Assembly: GCA_045589295.1 (NCBI GenBank)
Contig: JAZNOU010000002.1
Coordinates: 88,801 to 152,800 of the forward strand
Direction: 5' to 3'
Length of the DNA: 64,000 nucleotides
DNA from: Clostridia bacterium
GTDB lineage: Bacteria > Bacillota > Clostridia > RGIG6154
Numbering within the stretch: the stretch's first letter is position 1; each line of letters opens with the position of its first letter. Below the pieces are notes generated by a model. That model was not told the DNA's origin, did no database searches, and saw nothing but the letters and a program-made list of their open reading frames with translations. The position numbers and the translations under genes are program-made. This document shows, piece by piece, positions 28,756-41,875 of the stretch.

Positions 28756-29265
28756 ATGAACGGAAAAACAAAACAAATTGTAATTTCAGGACTTTTGGTG
28801 GCAATAGCATTTATTATTCCACTTATACTTCCTAACCTTAGCGGTTTGCCTGAGTTCTCAGCAACTCCTTTTGCACACGTACCAATTATGGTTGCAATGT
28901 TTATCAATCCATCTGTTACAATATTTGTTGTACTGGGTACTGCACTGAGCTTTTTTATAAAGTATGTTCCTATTGTGGGGCTTCGTGCGCTTTCGCATCT
29001 TTTGTTTGCAATGGTTGCTACAAATATGCTTAAAGAATCAAAGTCAAAAACAAATATTTTTATTACATACCTTGTAACACTTGTTCTTCATGCAGGTGCG
29101 GAGGCAATTATTGTTGCACTTTGGTTTATATTTTTTGCAGGCACCGGACTTGCAAGTCCGCTATTCCTTGGAATAGGCATTTTTGCTTTGCACCATACAT
29201 TTGATTTTGCAATAACACTTGTAATTTACTTTGCACTTGTTAAAGCAAAAGTTTTAAAATCATAA
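28756..29265 (+). CDS. Small polytopic membrane protein (possible ECF/QueT-type substrate-capture component)
   Basis: 169 aa with 5-6 hydrophobic helices; no catalytic motifs. Confidence 0.5.
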   Translation: MNGKTKQIVISGLLVAIAFIIPLILPNLSGLPEFSATPFAHVPIMVAMFINPSVTIFVVLGTALSFFIKYVPIVGLRALSHLLFAMVATNMLKESKSKTNIFITYLVTLVLHAGAEAIIVALWFIFFAGTGLASPLFLGIGIFALHHTFDFAITLVIYFALVKAKVLKS

Positions 29266-29282
29266 TTTGAAAGGTAACTACT

Positions 29283-31022
29283 ATGAATTTCAGAAATATT
29301 TTAACTCAAAAAGTTAAAGAGGCATTTTTAATTGCAGGATATGATGACAACAATGCATACGTTAGCGTTTCATCAAGACCTGACCTTTGCCAGTATCAGT
29401 GTAACGGCTGTTTACCTCTTGCTAAAGTTTACAAGCAAAAGCCAATGGATATTGCAGAAAAAATTTCATCTATTTTATCGACAGATGAAGCATTTGAGTC
29501 GGTAATTGCTTGTCCTCCTGGTTTTCTAAATATTGTTGTTAAAGATGAATTTTTAACAGGCTTTATCAATAAAATGAATGAAGACGACGGATTTTTGTAT
29601 GAAAAAACTGTAAGTCCCACAAAAACTGTTGTTGACTATGGCGGAGCCAACGTTGCAAAATCACTTCACGTAGGACACCTTCGTTCTGCAATTATAGGTG
29701 AAAGCATTAAAAGACTTTTAAGATTTGACGGCAACGAAGTTTTGGGTGACGTTCATTTAGGTGATTGGGGACTTCAGATGGGTATTGTAATTCTTGGCAT
29801 CATTGAGCAGTTCGGCATTGAAAACCTACAGACTGAGAAAGACAGAAGCAAACACATTACCATTTCAGTTTTGGAAAAAACATACCCTGCAAAGAGCATG
29901 GAAGCAAAAAGCGACGAAAATGTTATGGCAGAGTGTAAGAGAATAACATTTGAACTTCAAAAGGGTGAAGGCATTTACTTTGATATCTGGCAGAAAGTTT
30001 TAGAGGTTTCTGTTGAAGATTTAAAGAAAAACTATGCAAGACTTGGTGTTGAATTTGACCTTTGGAAAGGTGAAAGCGACACAAGGACTGTTACAGCCGC
30101 TATGATTAAGTCATTAAAAGATAAAGGCTTTGCGCACGAAGACGATGGAGCGTTGGTTATTGATATTACAGAAGAAACAGACAATCCGCCGCTTCCACCA
30201 TTTATTTTGGAAAAATCTGATGGTGCTATACTTTACTCTACAACAGACCTTGCAACTATCTTGCAAAGGTGTGAAGAGTTTGACACAGACAGAATGATTT
30301 ATGTTGTTGACAACCGTCAGGGAACACACTTTAAACAGCTTTTCAGAACGGTTGAAAAAACCGGCATTGCAGGGAAAGAATTACAGCTTGAATTTTCAGG
30401 TTTTGGAACGATGAATGGCAAAGACGGCAAACCTTATAAAACCCGTGAGGGTGGTGTTATGCGTCTTGAGGATCTTATAAATGCACTTGAAACAGAGGCA
30501 TATAAAAAACTTGACGAAACAATGGGTGACAGTGCTTCTTTAGATGAGAAGAAAGAAATTGCGCATCAGGTGGGCGTTGGTGCACTTAAATTTGCAGACC
30601 TTTCAAACCACAGAAGTAAAGATTATAATTTCGATGTTGAAAGATTTTGCTCCTTTGAGGGCAAGACAGGTCCTTATGTTCAGTATACTGCGGTAAGAAT
30701 TGCATCAATCCTTGCTAAATGTGAAAAAACGGACGGGAAAATAGCGGTTCCTGAGGGTGATGTTCAAAGAGATTTGTTTATTTTATTAACTGAGTATCAG
30801 ACTGCTGTTAAGGCGGCTGCAAACGAACTTGCACCAAATATTTTAGTTGATTATATCTATCAGCTTGCGGTGCTTTTAAATAAATATTATCACGAATATA
30901 AAGTTGCAACAGAAACCGATGAACAGAAGAAAAAATCAAGAGTGGCGACACTTACACTTTCACTTAACTTGATGAAAACACTTTTAGATATTGTGGGAAT
31001 TGAAATCCCAAGCAGAATGTAA
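29283..31022 (+). CDS. argS: Arginyl-tRNA synthetase
   Basis: HVGHLRSAIIGE HIGH-region motif; 579 aa; ArgRS C-terminal DALR domain. Confidence 0.9.
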   Translation: MNFRNILTQKVKEAFLIAGYDDNNAYVSVSSRPDLCQYQCNGCLPLAKVYKQKPMDIAEKISSILSTDEAFESVIACPPGFLNIVVKDEFLTGFINKMNEDDGFLYEKTVSPTKTVVDYGGANVAKSLHVGHLRSAIIGESIKRLLRFDGNEVLGDVHLGDWGLQMGIVILGIIEQFGIENLQTEKDRSKHITISVLEKTYPAKSMEAKSDENVMAECKRITFELQKGEGIYFDIWQKVLEVSVEDLKKNYARLGVEFDLWKGESDTRTVTAAMIKSLKDKGFAHEDDGALVIDITEETDNPPLPPFILEKSDGAILYSTTDLATILQRCEEFDTDRMIYVVDNRQGTHFKQLFRTVEKTGIAGKELQLEFSGFGTMNGKDGKPYKTREGGVMRLEDLINALETEAYKKLDETMGDSASLDEKKEIAHQVGVGALKFADLSNHRSKDYNFDVERFCSFEGKTGPYVQYTAVRIASILAKCEKTDGKIAVPEGDVQRDLFILLTEYQTAVKAAANELAPNILVDYIYQLAVLLNKYYHEYKVATETDEQKKKSRVATLTLSLNLMKTLLDIVGIEIPSRM

Positions 31023-31034
31023 AGGAGAATTAAA

Positions 31035-32300
31035 ATGGAAATAGAATCAAAATGCCTGTATTCAGGGTATACACCTGAAAACGGAGGTCCTCAGACACTC
31101 CCTATTTATCAGAGTACAACATTTAAGTACAATTCAACAGAGCAGGTTGCAAAACTTTTTGACTTAACGGAAAATGGATTTTTCTATTCAAGAATAGGAA
31201 ATCCAACAGTTGATGCTGTTGAACAGAAAATTGCAGATTTAGAGGGTGGTGTTGGAGCACTTTTAACATCATCTGGTCAGGCGGCAAATTTTATTGCGAT
31301 ACTTAATATTTTAAGTGCAGGCGATCATATGATTTCATCAAATGAAATTTATGGCGGAACTTTTAATCTTTTCGCAGTAACGCTCAAAAGAATGGGCATT
31401 GAAGTTACATTTGTTGACCAAGATCTTTCAGTAGAAGAGCTTCAAAAGTATGTAAAACCAAACACAAAAGCAGTTTTTGGTGAAACAATTACAAACCCTA
31501 CCATTTCGGTTTTAGATATTGAGAAGTTTGCTCAGTTTGCACACAAAAATAATGTGCCTCTTATTATTGACAACACATTTGCAACTCCTGTGCTTTGCCG
31601 TCCATTTGAGTATGGAGCAGATATTGTTACACACTCAACTACAAAGTATATGGATGGTCACGCACTTACTGTTGGCGGTGTTATTGTTGATAGCGGCAAA
31701 TTTGACTGGACAAATGGTAATTTTCCGGATCTTACAACACCAGATGAATCTTATCACGGAGTTACATATACCAAAGAATTTGGCAAAATGGCATATATTG
31801 TAAAAGCAAGAGTTCAGCTTATGCGTGACCTTGGTGCAACACCATCTGCTTTTAATGCGTTTTTAATCAATCAGGGATTAGAAACACTTCCAATGAGAAT
31901 TAAAACACATTCTGACAACGCAGAAAAGATGGCACAGTTCCTTTCTAATCACGACAAGGTAGAATTTGTTAACTATCCTACAATAGAGGGTAACAAATAC
32001 GCTTCTTTAGCGAAAAAGTATTTAGACGGAGGAAACAGCGGTGTTATTGCCTTTAGCTTAAAAGGTGGAAGACAGGCGGGTGTCAAATTTATTGACAGTT
32101 TAAAAATGGTGTCACTTTTAGTTCACGTTGCAGATATAAGAAGTTGCGTGCTTCATCCTGCAAGCTCTACTCACAGACAGCTTTCAGATCAGCAGCTTTT
32201 AGATGCGGGTATTACACCTGGTCTTATCAGATTTTCTGTTGGTACTGAAAATATTAAAGATATTATAGCCGATGTTTCTCAGGCACTTGATCAGATTTAA
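31035..32300 (+). CDS. PLP-dependent O-acetylhomoserine/O-acetylserine sulfhydrylase (MetY/Cys-Met metabolism family)
   Basis: 421 aa; trans-sulfuration family; PLP-Lys region [10 protein letters not shown]. Confidence 0.82.
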   Translation: MEIESKCLYSGYTPENGGPQTLPIYQSTTFKYNSTEQVAKLFDLTENGFFYSRIGNPTVDAVEQKIADLEGGVGALLTSSGQAANFIAILNILSAGDHMISSNEIYGGTFNLFAVTLKRMGIEVTFVDQDLSVEELQKYVKPNTKAVFGETITNPTISVLDIEKFAQFAHKNNVPLIIDNTFATPVLCRPFEYGADIVTHSTTKYMDGHALTVGGVIVDSGKFDWTNGNFPDLTTPDESYHGVTYTKEFGKMAYIVKARVQLMRDLGATPSAFNAFLINQGLETLPMRIKTHSDNAEKMAQFLSNHDKVEFVNYPTIEGNKYASLAKKYLDGGNSGVIAFSLKGGRQAGVKFIDSLKMVSLLVHVADIRSCVLHPASSTHRQLSDQQLLDAGITPGLIRFSVGTENIKDIIADVSQALDQI

Positions 32301-32314
32301 TGAGGTGAAATTTA

Positions 32315-33241
32315 ATGGTATATAACAATATTTTAGAAGCTATCGGTAACACTCCGATTATAAAGCTTCAGAATATTGCACCAGAAGGCGGCGCGGATAT
32401 TTTAGTTAAGTTTGAAGGACTTAATGTAGGTGGATCAATAAAAACAAGAACTGCTTATAATATGATTATGCGCGCAAAAGCTCAGGGGAAAATAAATAAA
32501 GATACAATAATTGTAGAACCTACAAGTGGTAATCAGGGGATTGGTCTTGCTCTTGTTGGTGCGGTTTTTGGCTATAAAACAAGAATAATTATGCCGGACT
32601 CTGTTAGTGAAGAAAGAAGAAAACTTGTTAATCACTATGGTGCAGAGGTTGTTTTGGTGCACGACTCAGGGAATATTGGACTTTGTATCGATGAGTGTGT
32701 AAAACTCGCACTTAAAATGCAACAAGAAGATGAAAATGTGTTTGTTCCCCAACAATTTGAAAATCCAGCAAACCCGGAAATCCAAAGATATCAGACAGGT
32801 AGAGAAATTTTAGAGCAGGTTGCAGGCCCTATTCACGGCTTTTGCTCAGGCATTGGCACAGGAGGAACTATAACAGGTATCGGCGAAACATTAAAGGCGG
32901 CAAACCCCGATATGAAGATATGGGCAGTTGAGCCTGAAAATGCCGCAATTTTATCAGGTGGGTCAATCGGAACTCATATTCAAATGGGGATTGGCGACGG
33001 ACTTATTCCTGCAATTTTAAATCAAGACATTTATGATGATATTTGTATTGTAAAGGATGAGGAAGCAATTTCCGTTTCAAAGGCTCTGGCTGCAAAAGAA
33101 GGAATTTTGTGCGGTATTTCAAGCGGAACAAATGTTGCAGCAGCAATTAAGCTTGCAAAAGAATTAGGTCCAGGAAAAACTGTGGTAACCATTCTTCCCG
33201 ATACGGCAGAACGATATTTCTCAACACCGCTTTTTGAGTAA
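32315..33241 (+). CDS. cysK: Cysteine synthase (O-acetylserine sulfhydrylase), PLP beta-family
   Basis: PLP-lysine motif GGSIKTRTAY; GTGGT nucleotide loop; 308 aa. Confidence 0.85.
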   Translation: MVYNNILEAIGNTPIIKLQNIAPEGGADILVKFEGLNVGGSIKTRTAYNMIMRAKAQGKINKDTIIVEPTSGNQGIGLALVGAVFGYKTRIIMPDSVSEERRKLVNHYGAEVVLVHDSGNIGLCIDECVKLALKMQQEDENVFVPQQFENPANPEIQRYQTGREILEQVAGPIHGFCSGIGTGGTITGIGETLKAANPDMKIWAVEPENAAILSGGSIGTHIQMGIGDGLIPAILNQDIYDDICIVKDEEAISVSKALAAKEGILCGISSGTNVAAAIKLAKELGPGKTVVTILPDTAERYFSTPLFE

Positions 33242-33275
33242 ACAAAAATAAAGTGACTATTTAGAATAATAAAAC

Positions 33276-33305
33276 AAAAATCCTCAAATTTTTTGAGGGT
33301 TTTTG
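33276..33305 (+). terminator. Rho-independent terminator after cysK
   Basis: AAATCCTCAAA-ttttt-TGAGGGTTT followed by TTGCTTT. Confidence 0.75.
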
Positions 33306-33433
33306 CTTTATACAGGAACTCTTGCTGGAATAGATGCGTCTTGTAGATACTTTGAAATTTTTATTTGACAATATATGTATAAAACAGTTATAATAATTAA
33401 GTAGGAATTTGTTTTTTAAACTGAGGTGTTTTT

Positions 33434-33925
33434 TTGAGAATACTTGGAATTGACCCGGGCTTTGCAATAGTAGGGTACGGTGTCATTGATTATGAGAAAG
33501 GTAAATATAAAACGGTTGATTACGGCAAAATTACCACTCCTGCGGGAATGGATATGCCACTTAGGTTAAAAGAGGTTTACGATGGTATTTTAAGGCTTAT
33601 TGAACTTTTTAATCCTGATGTCTTGGCAATAGAAGAATTGTTTTTTAACACCAACGTAAAAACTGCAATTGCGGTAGGACACGCAAGAGGTGTAATAGTT
33701 TTGGCTGCCGCAAACAAGGGGATTAAAATAAACGAATATACGCCGCTTCAGATAAAACAGGCGGTAGTAGGTTATGGCAGGGCGGATAAAAATCAGGTTC
33801 AGCAGATGGTTAAAATGTTTTTAGGACTTAAAGAAGTGCCGAAACCCGATGATACGGCAGATGCTTTAGCAGTTGCAATATGTCATGCTAATTCATCTTC
33901 GTTGGGCGGAGTCTTAGGTTTATAA
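33434..33925 (+). CDS. ruvC: Holliday junction resolvase RuvC (TTG start)
   Basis: RILGIDPG... RuvC fold with catalytic acidic residues; GAGGTG RBS 5 nt before TTG. Confidence 0.88.
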   Translation: MRILGIDPGFAIVGYGVIDYEKGKYKTVDYGKITTPAGMDMPLRLKEVYDGILRLIELFNPDVLAIEELFFNTNVKTAIAVGHARGVIVLAAANKGIKINEYTPLQIKQAVVGYGRADKNQVQQMVKMFLGLKEVPKPDDTADALAVAICHANSSSLGGVLGL

Positions 33926-33941
33926 AGAAAGGAATTTTACT

Positions 33942-34532
33942 ATGTATGCATATATAAAAGGCAGCCTTGAATTTTTAACTCACTCAGAGGCAGTAGTTGA
34001 AGCAGGTGGCGTGGGGTACAGAATATTCATTTCTCCCAAAACAAGAAGCAGATTGCCTGATTTGGGACGTGAGGTGAAACTTTTTACTCATTTTGCGGTA
34101 AGAGAAGATGCGATGGAGCTTTATGGTTTTTATTCTGCAGAAGAGCTTTTTGTATACGAGCAGCTTATTTCTGTTTCAGGAGTAGGACCAAAAGTAGGTC
34201 TTGCAATTCTTTCTGCTATGGAACCTAACGAGTTTATTGCTTCAGTTGTAACCAATGATGTGAAGGCAATAACAAAGGCACAAGGGGTTGGGGCAAAGCT
34301 TGCAGCAAGAATTATTTTAGAACTTAAGGACAAGATGCAGAAAGAAAGTGCAGAGCTTGATTTGGAAATTATCCCGCAAAGCGAGGAAACAGTCGATGCC
34401 GGCGAGGCGGTTGAGGCACTGTTAGCGCTTGGATATTCTGCACAGGAAGCTAAGAAGGCAGTAAGTGGACTTTCGGGAACGGTTGAAGAGATTATAAGTG
34501 CGGCACTCAAAAATTTAATGAGAAGAGGGTAA
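33942..34532 (+). CDS. ruvA: Holliday junction branch-migration protein RuvA
   Basis: OB-fold N-terminus, HhH motifs (GVGPKVGLAILS), C-terminal RuvB-interaction domain. Confidence 0.9.
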   Translation: MYAYIKGSLEFLTHSEAVVEAGGVGYRIFISPKTRSRLPDLGREVKLFTHFAVREDAMELYGFYSAEELFVYEQLISVSGVGPKVGLAILSAMEPNEFIASVVTNDVKAITKAQGVGAKLAARIILELKDKMQKESAELDLEIIPQSEETVDAGEAVEALLALGYSAQEAKKAVSGLSGTVEEIISAALKNLMRRG

Positions 34533-34536
34533 TTAA

Positions 34537-35541
34537 ATGGAAGACAGAATCATAACATCTACATATACAACAGATGATGAAGATATCGAGGTTTCATTAA
34601 GACCTAGAACACTCTCTGAGTATGTCGGTCAGTCAAAGGCAAAAGAAAACTTAGAGGTTTTTATTGAGGCGGCAAAAATGAGAAATGAGCCTTTGGATCA
34701 CATTCTTTTGTACGGACCGCCGGGGCTTGGTAAAACTACTCTGGCAAGTATTATTTCAAATGAAATGGGTGTGAATATAAGAATTACATCGGGTCCTGCA
34801 ATAGAACGCCCTGGTGATTTGGCTGCAATTATTTCAAACCTTTCAACAAATGATATTTTGTTTATTGACGAAATTCACAGGCTAAACAGAAGTGTTGAAG
34901 AAATTCTTTATCCTGCCATGGAAGATTTTGTTATTGACATCGTGTATGGAAAGGGCGTTTCTGCAAAAACTGTTCGCGTTGCACTTCCAAAATTCACATT
35001 AATCGGCGCAACTACAAGAGCGGGAATGTTATCATCGCCACTTCGTGACAGATTTGGGTTTATAAGCCGACTTGAAATGTATACAAAAGAAGAACTTACT
35101 GAAATTGTTACCCGTTCTGCAAGAATTTTAGATATTATAATAGAAAAAGACGGAGCAGAAGAAATTGCAATGCGTTCAAGAGGCACACCGAGAATTGCAA
35201 ACAGACTTTTAAAGCGTGTGCGTGACTATGCGCAGATAAAAGCCGAGGGAATTATTACCAAAGAGGTGGCAGACAAGGCACTTAATATGATGGAAGTGGA
35301 TAAATTAGGATTAGACAGTATTGACAGAAGAATTTTATCTACTATTATAAACAACTTTGCGGGAGGTCCTGTTGGTCTTGATACAATAGCTGCGTCTGTA
35401 GGTGAGGAAGCAAATACAATTGAGGATGTTTGTGAGCCATATCTTTTGCAACAAGGGTTTTTAACAAGAACCGCAAGGGGAAGATGTGCTACAAGGCTTG
35501 CTTATGAGTATATGGGGATACCGTTTTCCGAAAAACCGTAA
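34537..35541 (+). CDS. ruvB: Holliday junction ATP-dependent helicase RuvB
   Basis: AAA+ Walker [12 protein letters not shown]; LFIDEIHRL Walker B; 334 aa. Confidence 0.93.
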   Translation: MEDRIITSTYTTDDEDIEVSLRPRTLSEYVGQSKAKENLEVFIEAAKMRNEPLDHILLYGPPGLGKTTLASIISNEMGVNIRITSGPAIERPGDLAAIISNLSTNDILFIDEIHRLNRSVEEILYPAMEDFVIDIVYGKGVSAKTVRVALPKFTLIGATTRAGMLSSPLRDRFGFISRLEMYTKEELTEIVTRSARILDIIIEKDGAEEIAMRSRGTPRIANRLLKRVRDYAQIKAEGIITKEVADKALNMMEVDKLGLDSIDRRILSTIINNFAGGPVGLDTIAASVGEEANTIEDVCEPYLLQQGFLTRTARGRCATRLAYEYMGIPFSEKP

Positions 35542-35657
35542 AAACACGCAAAAACAAAAGAAAACTAAAGATATCTTGTGGAAAAATCACAAAACAAACT
35601 AAATAAGGCTGTAAAAACGGCTTGAAAAAAATATTTAAAGTGGTAAAATATACTTTA

Positions 35658-35684
35658 TTAGCACTCGTTTGATTTGAGTGCTAA
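35658..35684 (+). promoter_or_regulatory. CIRCE element (HrcA operator) TTAGCACTC-N9-GAGTGCTAA upstream of groES, preceded by a TTGAAA-17-TGgTAAAAT promoter
   Basis: Perfect match to the CIRCE consensus, read directly. Confidence 0.92.
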
Positions 35685-35709
35685 TTTAAAACAGAGAGGA
35701 GAATGCTAA

Positions 35710-35994
<285 letters not shown>

Positions 35995-36011
35995 ATAATA
36001 GGAGGAATTAA

Positions 36012-37643
<1,632 letters not shown>

Positions 37644-37668
37644 TTAGCAAGCAATATAGCTTAATAAA

Positions 37669-37697
37669 CAAAAAAGCGGAATTATCCGCTTTTTTTG
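37669..37697 (+). terminator. Rho-independent terminator after groEL
   Basis: AAAAAGCGGA-attat-TCCGCTTTTTTT. Confidence 0.85.
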
Positions 37698-37986
37698 TTG
37701 TGAAAATTGTCGATTTCTATTGTAAACGCAACTCACTTATGATATAATTGTTGCATACAGAATTTTATTTCATAAAATTCTCAAGAGCTAACGCTCTTTC
37801 GTACTCTTTCGAGCACTGCAACAATTGACGGCGTCGTAAAAATGCCCTTGCAAGCAAGCATTTTTACTCCTGGTAAAATTGGCATCTATTTTGTACACTA
37901 ATTCTATAATTGTTGCATACAGATTTACTGATTTTATAATTAAAGCACAGAGTTTTGTGATTTAAGTATTTAAAGGGGGAAAACAA

Positions 37987-39381
37987 ATGGAAAAACTTAC
38001 TAAGAAATATGGTTTGCTTACTGCTATTTGTATGGTAGTAGGAACCGTAATTGGTTCTGGTGTATTTTTTAAGGCCCAGAACGTACTTGCAGCTACGGGC
38101 GGCAGTATGCCATTAGGAATCATTGCATGGGTTATCACAGGATTGTTAATGGTTATCTGTTCTGCACAGTTTGCTGTTATGGCTACAAAATATGAGAAAG
38201 TAAGCGGTATTGTTGACTATGCAGAAGCTACATGCGGAAAGGGTTACGCTTACTATTTTGCTTGGTTCATGGTAAATATTTACTATCCTGGCATGACATC
38301 CGTTCTTGCCTGGGTTTCAGCAAGATACTTAGGTGTTCTTTTTGGATGGGATATGACAGGCGCCGAAGTTATGGCGTTGGCGGGATTCTTTCTTATAGCA
38401 TCTTACACAATGAATGCTCTTTCACCAAAACTTGCAGGTAAGTTTCAGGTAAGCGCTACTGTTATTAAATTAATCCCAATTGTTCTAATGGCAATAGTTG
38501 GTACTATTGCAGGCATTGTTAACGGAACGCTCACAAACAATTTTACGACTGTAGTTTCTGAAGCTGTTGGCTCAAGTACAAGCAGTGGCCTTTTTGCTGC
38601 AATTGTTGCTACAGTTTTTGCATATGAAGGTTGGATTGTTGCAACTTCTATTAATGCCGAACTGAAAAACCCGAAAAAGAATCTGCCAATCGCACTTGTT
38701 ATCGGATCTTTGATAGTAGTAAGTGCCTATGTTCTATACTTTATCGGTGTTGCAGGCGGTGCTACAAATGCTGTTCTTATCAGTGAGGGCGCGACTACTG
38801 CATTTATTAACATATTTGGCGGTGTTGGTGGAACATTACTTAACATTTGTATTATTATTTCCTGTCTTGGAACTTTGAATGGTCTTATGGTTGGTGCAAC
38901 ACGCGGAATGTATGCTATAGCAGCCCGTAATAATGGCCCTATGCCTCAGACATTTTCACAAATTGATAAAGCAACAAATATGACTACAAACTCTGCAATA
39001 TGGGGACTATTTGTATGTGGAATATGGCTTATATATTTCTATGGTGCAAATCTTACATCAGGTTGGTTTGGCGTTTTCAATTTTGATTCATCAGAACTTC
39101 CTATTGTTACAATTTACGCTATGTATATTCCTATTTTCATTGCTTGGATGAAGAAAGAAAAGGATATGGGCGTATTCAAAAGATTTATACTACCAACAAT
39201 ATCATTGATTGCTTGTGTGTTTATGGTGTTTGCTGCAGTTTATGCTCATGGTATTACACCTTACCTTGCGGCAAAAGCTAATGGAACTTTCTCATTTCCA
39301 GTACTGTTCTATTTAATTGTTTTTGCGGTAGTTATAATATTAGGTGCAATTTTCAAAAAGCCTGAAGATAAAAATGACTAA
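37987..39381 (+). CDS. APC-superfamily amino-acid permease
   Basis: 464 aa, 12 TM helices, APC-family motifs. Confidence 0.82.
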   Translation: MEKLTKKYGLLTAICMVVGTVIGSGVFFKAQNVLAATGGSMPLGIIAWVITGLLMVICSAQFAVMATKYEKVSGIVDYAEATCGKGYAYYFAWFMVNIYYPGMTSVLAWVSARYLGVLFGWDMTGAEVMALAGFFLIASYTMNALSPKLAGKFQVSATVIKLIPIVLMAIVGTIAGIVNGTLTNNFTTVVSEAVGSSTSSGLFAAIVATVFAYEGWIVATSINAELKNPKKNLPIALVIGSLIVVSAYVLYFIGVAGGATNAVLISEGATTAFINIFGGVGGTLLNICIIISCLGTLNGLMVGATRGMYAIAARNNGPMPQTFSQIDKATNMTTNSAIWGLFVCGIWLIYFYGANLTSGWFGVFNFDSSELPIVTIYAMYIPIFIAWMKKEKDMGVFKRFILPTISLIACVFMVFAAVYAHGITPYLAAKANGTFSFPVLFYLIVFAVVIILGAIFKKPEDKND

Positions 39382-39392
39382 TAAATATAAAA

Positions 39393-39428
39393 CCTCCCTC
39401 GGAAAACCTTCTGGGGAGGTTTTTTATA
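39393..39428 (+). terminator. Rho-independent terminator after the permease
   Basis: AACCTCCC-tcggaaaaccttctg-GGGAGGTT followed by TTTT. Confidence 0.75.
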
Positions 39429-39528
39429 GTAGTTAACAGTGTTGCAACTGCTGCTATAAGAAAAAAGAGGTATATGGTTATAGGACAAAACCTGCTTGAG
39501 TATTAATTTATCAAGGAGGTTTTTTATT

Positions 39529-39912
39529 GTGGAAAAAGGATTGTTTACGGCATCTACATTTACGTCAGGCAGAATTTTGCCTATAGAAGGAGTTAACGTA
39601 TATATATCAAGAGAAAATGAGGGAGGAGAGGAACTTTTATTTGCATTAAAAACCGATGAAAATGGGAATACGCAAGTGGTCGAACTTGATGCACCCGACA
39701 TGGAACTTTCTGAAAACCCCGGGAATTACAGACCATTTTCTGTATACAATGTAAGGGCTGTAAAAGATGGATTTTTCAGGACAATAATAAAAGACGTTCA
39801 GGTGTTTGCAAACAGAACTACACAACAAAATATAGATATGATACCGCTTCCTGAAAACATACAAAATATTGACACGACAAATACTTTTGTTGTATTGCCG
39901 CAAAATTTGTAG
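39529..39912 (+). CDS. Small protein with a carboxypeptidase-regulatory-like/SleC pre-region-like beta-sandwich (GTG start)
   Basis: AAGGAGG RBS 9 nt before GTG 39529; sequence GRILPIEGVNVYISRE...NGNTQVVELDAPD resembles the N-terminal pre-domain of clostridial SleC. Confidence 0.5.
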   Translation: MEKGLFTASTFTSGRILPIEGVNVYISRENEGGEELLFALKTDENGNTQVVELDAPDMELSENPGNYRPFSVYNVRAVKDGFFRTIIKDVQVFANRTTQQNIDMIPLPENIQNIDTTNTFVVLPQNL

Positions 39913-39921
39913 GAGGTAAAT

Positions 39922-41859
39922 ATGGCTATAAAATATCCAGTGATTCCCGAGTATATAACAGTTCATTTAGGACCACCAGATTCAAATGCAAAAAATGTCA
40001 CGCTTTCGTTTGCTGATTATATAAAAAACGTAGCATCGGGCGAGATTTATCCTACATGGCCTGAAAGCTCTTTAAGAGCAAATATTTATGCTCAGATTTC
40101 CTATGCGCTTAACAGGGTATATTTAGAGTACTATCGTTCAAGAGGGTATGATTTTGACATAACATCTACAACGGCGCTTGATCAAAGCTTTGAAGAGGGA
40201 AGAAATATATTTGAAAACATTTCTGAAATAGTTGATGATATATTTAATTCTTATATAAAAAGAGAGCAAAATTTAGAACCGCTAGCTGCAAAATTTTGTA
40301 ATGGCACAACAACAACGTGCGATGGCTTGTCACAATGGGGGTCAGTAGAACTTGCAAATCAGGGGCTTGGAGCTTATGATATCTTAACAAATTATTATGG
40401 AAGTGATATAGTGTTAGTTGAGGATGTTTCAGTAGAAGGGATAGCAGAATCTTATCCTGGAACGGCGTTAAGACTGGGTGATAGCGGGCCCGATGTGTTT
40501 GTAATACAAAGGTCGTTAAATGGCATTTCAAATAATTATCCTGCAATCCCTAAAATAAATCCTGTAAATGGCGTGTTTGATGAAAATACTGAAAATGCGG
40601 TAAGGAAATTCCAAGAAATTTTTAAACTAACACAGGACGGAATTGTGGGTAGAGCAACGTGGTACAGATTAGTTGAACTTTTTGTAGGGATTAAAAGACT
40701 TTCAGAACTTGAAGCAGAGGGCATAAGACTTTCAGATTATTTAAATGGGAATGGCAATGCGCAGAGTATAGCAAAAACTTCAAGTCGCATTAAACAAACG
40801 ATACAAAATGATTTAACAATAGGAAGTACGGGGCAAGAGGTGTGGAATGTGCAGTACATACTTTCATTCTTGTCATACTTTTATCCTACAGCGCTTCCTA
40901 CGAATGTGACAGGAGTTTATACCGAAGCAACTGCAAATTCGGTAAGAGCATTGCAAAAACAGTTTGATTTGCCTGAAACAGGTATAGTTGATCAGGCAAC
41001 CTTAAATGAAATTTATAATGCCTACATTACTATAGCGCTTTATTTGAAAATAAGAGAACCGTTTGATAATGAAAAATTTTTGGCGCCTTTTTCCGGAAAG
41101 GTTTTGTCAAGAGGGGATACTGGTGATGATGTAAGAGAGATACAAAGACATATAAACTATATTGCAAAATATCATGGTAGTGGTGTGGGAGAGGTTGAAC
41201 AAACAGGTGTGTTTGGTCCACTCACAGCAAAAAGTATTTTTCAAATTCAGCAAAATGCTGGGATTACTGCGAGCGGGGCTGTAGAAAGTGCTACACACAG
41301 TGCTATTAGAAGTCAGAGCTATGATGCAATAAGCACTGTGAACTCAAAAGAAAGACAGTATCCGGGATTTAAGCTGAGTGAGGGCGATAGTGATGCTGCT
41401 CTTAGACAAAATAACAAGACTATTTCAACTCCTGTAGAAGATGTTCAACAAAAATTAAGGCGAATTTCGTCCGTTATGGAAATCCCGGTTGTTATTCCGA
41501 ACGGAAGATTTGGAAGTGATACTACAGATGCTGTTATTGTTATTCAGAAAGAAGCGGAACTTGATCCAAATGGCGTGATTGATTATGATACGTGGGAATA
41601 TATAGTGCTTTTGGATGATGATTTAATAAAAGAAAGCAAAGGATTTGATTGTGTTGTTCCTAATGCTAAAGATGTACAAAGTTTTGCCCAAATTATGGCA
41701 GACAGAATTTCTGATGAGTTTTCAAATGTAGGTGATGAAAGCTTTGAAGAGCAAATTAAAAAAATTCAGCAAGCTTTATCTTTAGAGCAAACGGGTATAG
41801 TGGATAAAAGAACATGGGATGGGATAGTGACTTTATATGAAAGTATTGACAGTAAGTAA
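39922..41859 (+). CDS. Peptidoglycan-binding protein with four PG_binding_1 repeats and a SleC-like N-terminal domain; putative spore cortex-lytic/cell-wall hydrolase
   Basis: Repeats of GDxGxxVxxxQ..L type (four copies: GDSGPDVFVIQRSLN, GSTGQEVWNVQYIL, GDTGDDVREIQRHIN, the fourth degenerate); AGGAGG RBS 10 nt after the previous stop. Confidence 0.6.
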   Translation: MAIKYPVIPEYITVHLGPPDSNAKNVTLSFADYIKNVASGEIYPTWPESSLRANIYAQISYALNRVYLEYYRSRGYDFDITSTTALDQSFEEGRNIFENISEIVDDIFNSYIKREQNLEPLAAKFCNGTTTTCDGLSQWGSVELANQGLGAYDILTNYYGSDIVLVEDVSVEGIAESYPGTALRLGDSGPDVFVIQRSLNGISNNYPAIPKINPVNGVFDENTENAVRKFQEIFKLTQDGIVGRATWYRLVELFVGIKRLSELEAEGIRLSDYLNGNGNAQSIAKTSSRIKQTIQNDLTIGSTGQEVWNVQYILSFLSYFYPTALPTNVTGVYTEATANSVRALQKQFDLPETGIVDQATLNEIYNAYITIALYLKIREPFDNEKFLAPFSGKVLSRGDTGDDVREIQRHINYIAKYHGSGVGEVEQTGVFGPLTAKSIFQIQQNAGITASGAVESATHSAIRSQSYDAISTVNSKERQYPGFKLSEGDSDAALRQNNKTISTPVEDVQQKLRRISSVMEIPVVIPNGRFGSDTTDAVIVIQKEAELDPNGVIDYDTWEYIVLLDDDLIKESKGFDCVVPNAKDVQSFAQIMADRISDEFSNVGDESFEEQIKKIQQALSLEQTGIVDKRTWDGIVTLYESIDSK

Positions 41860-41875
41860 GTGGTTAGTTTTGGCA

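Noticed and set aside
33242-33433. LexA/Cheo box (CGAACRNRYGTTYC) upstream of ruvCAB
   Set aside because: Only a plain TTGACA-17-TTATAAT promoter is present. No SOS-box match was seen.
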